A DNA stretch of 56,598 nucleotides from a virus. Its lineage: Duplodnaviria > Caudoviricetes. The notes beneath the pieces were generated by a model. The model worked only from the letters and a program-made list of their open reading frames with translations, made no database searches and had not been told where the DNA came from. How positions within the stretch are numbered: the stretch's first letter is position 1; each line of letters starts with the position of its first letter. The stretch spans positions 1-56,598 of IMG/VR virus record IMGVR_UViG_3300032334_000481. The stretch is one strand, 5' to 3'. Below, one piece after another: positions 56,598-56,598 of this stretch. A program made the position numbers and the translations under genes.

Positions 56598-56598
56598 A

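Noticed and set aside
1-56598. Stop-codon reassignment or an integrase/lysogeny module
   Set aside because: Genes are intact in the standard code and all three stops are used; no recombinase or repressor cassette is visible in this window.

Overview
This window is part of a large, AT-rich tailed dsDNA phage genome with a siphovirus-type tail module. An actinobacterial host is an inference from extended -10 promoters, leaderless genes and MtrA/GlnR-like boxes. Bases 1-50813 are almost all on the minus strand: a replication module (DnaE, gp32-like SSB, primase, DnaB helicase), tail tip genes, a 4062-aa tape measure protein, tail/neck/head genes, a class II ribonucleotide reductase, tail fibres, a glycosyltransferase and a holin-like gene. 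From about 51000 the coding strand switches to plus, giving an early/host-takeover-like array of tiny ORFs. Four signals stand out. (1) An RNA internal-loop motif I do not recognise (RUGAGC / CAARUAAR) occurs 6 times in 3 hairpins whose stems differ in sequence, with A.G/G.A covariation. (2) The tape measure carries about 2000 aa of cargo (kinase-like, HAD phosphatase, a triplicated unknown domain) separated by recurring [YFL]AxGG linkers. (3) Twelve TGTCAGTGG-N7-TANNNT promoters form stackable cassettes, with helically phased upstream boxes. (4) The early region appears purged of several 4-bp palindromes and begins at a 34-bp tandem repeat. All calls come from reading the sequence by eye; no database searches or k-mer counts were run.
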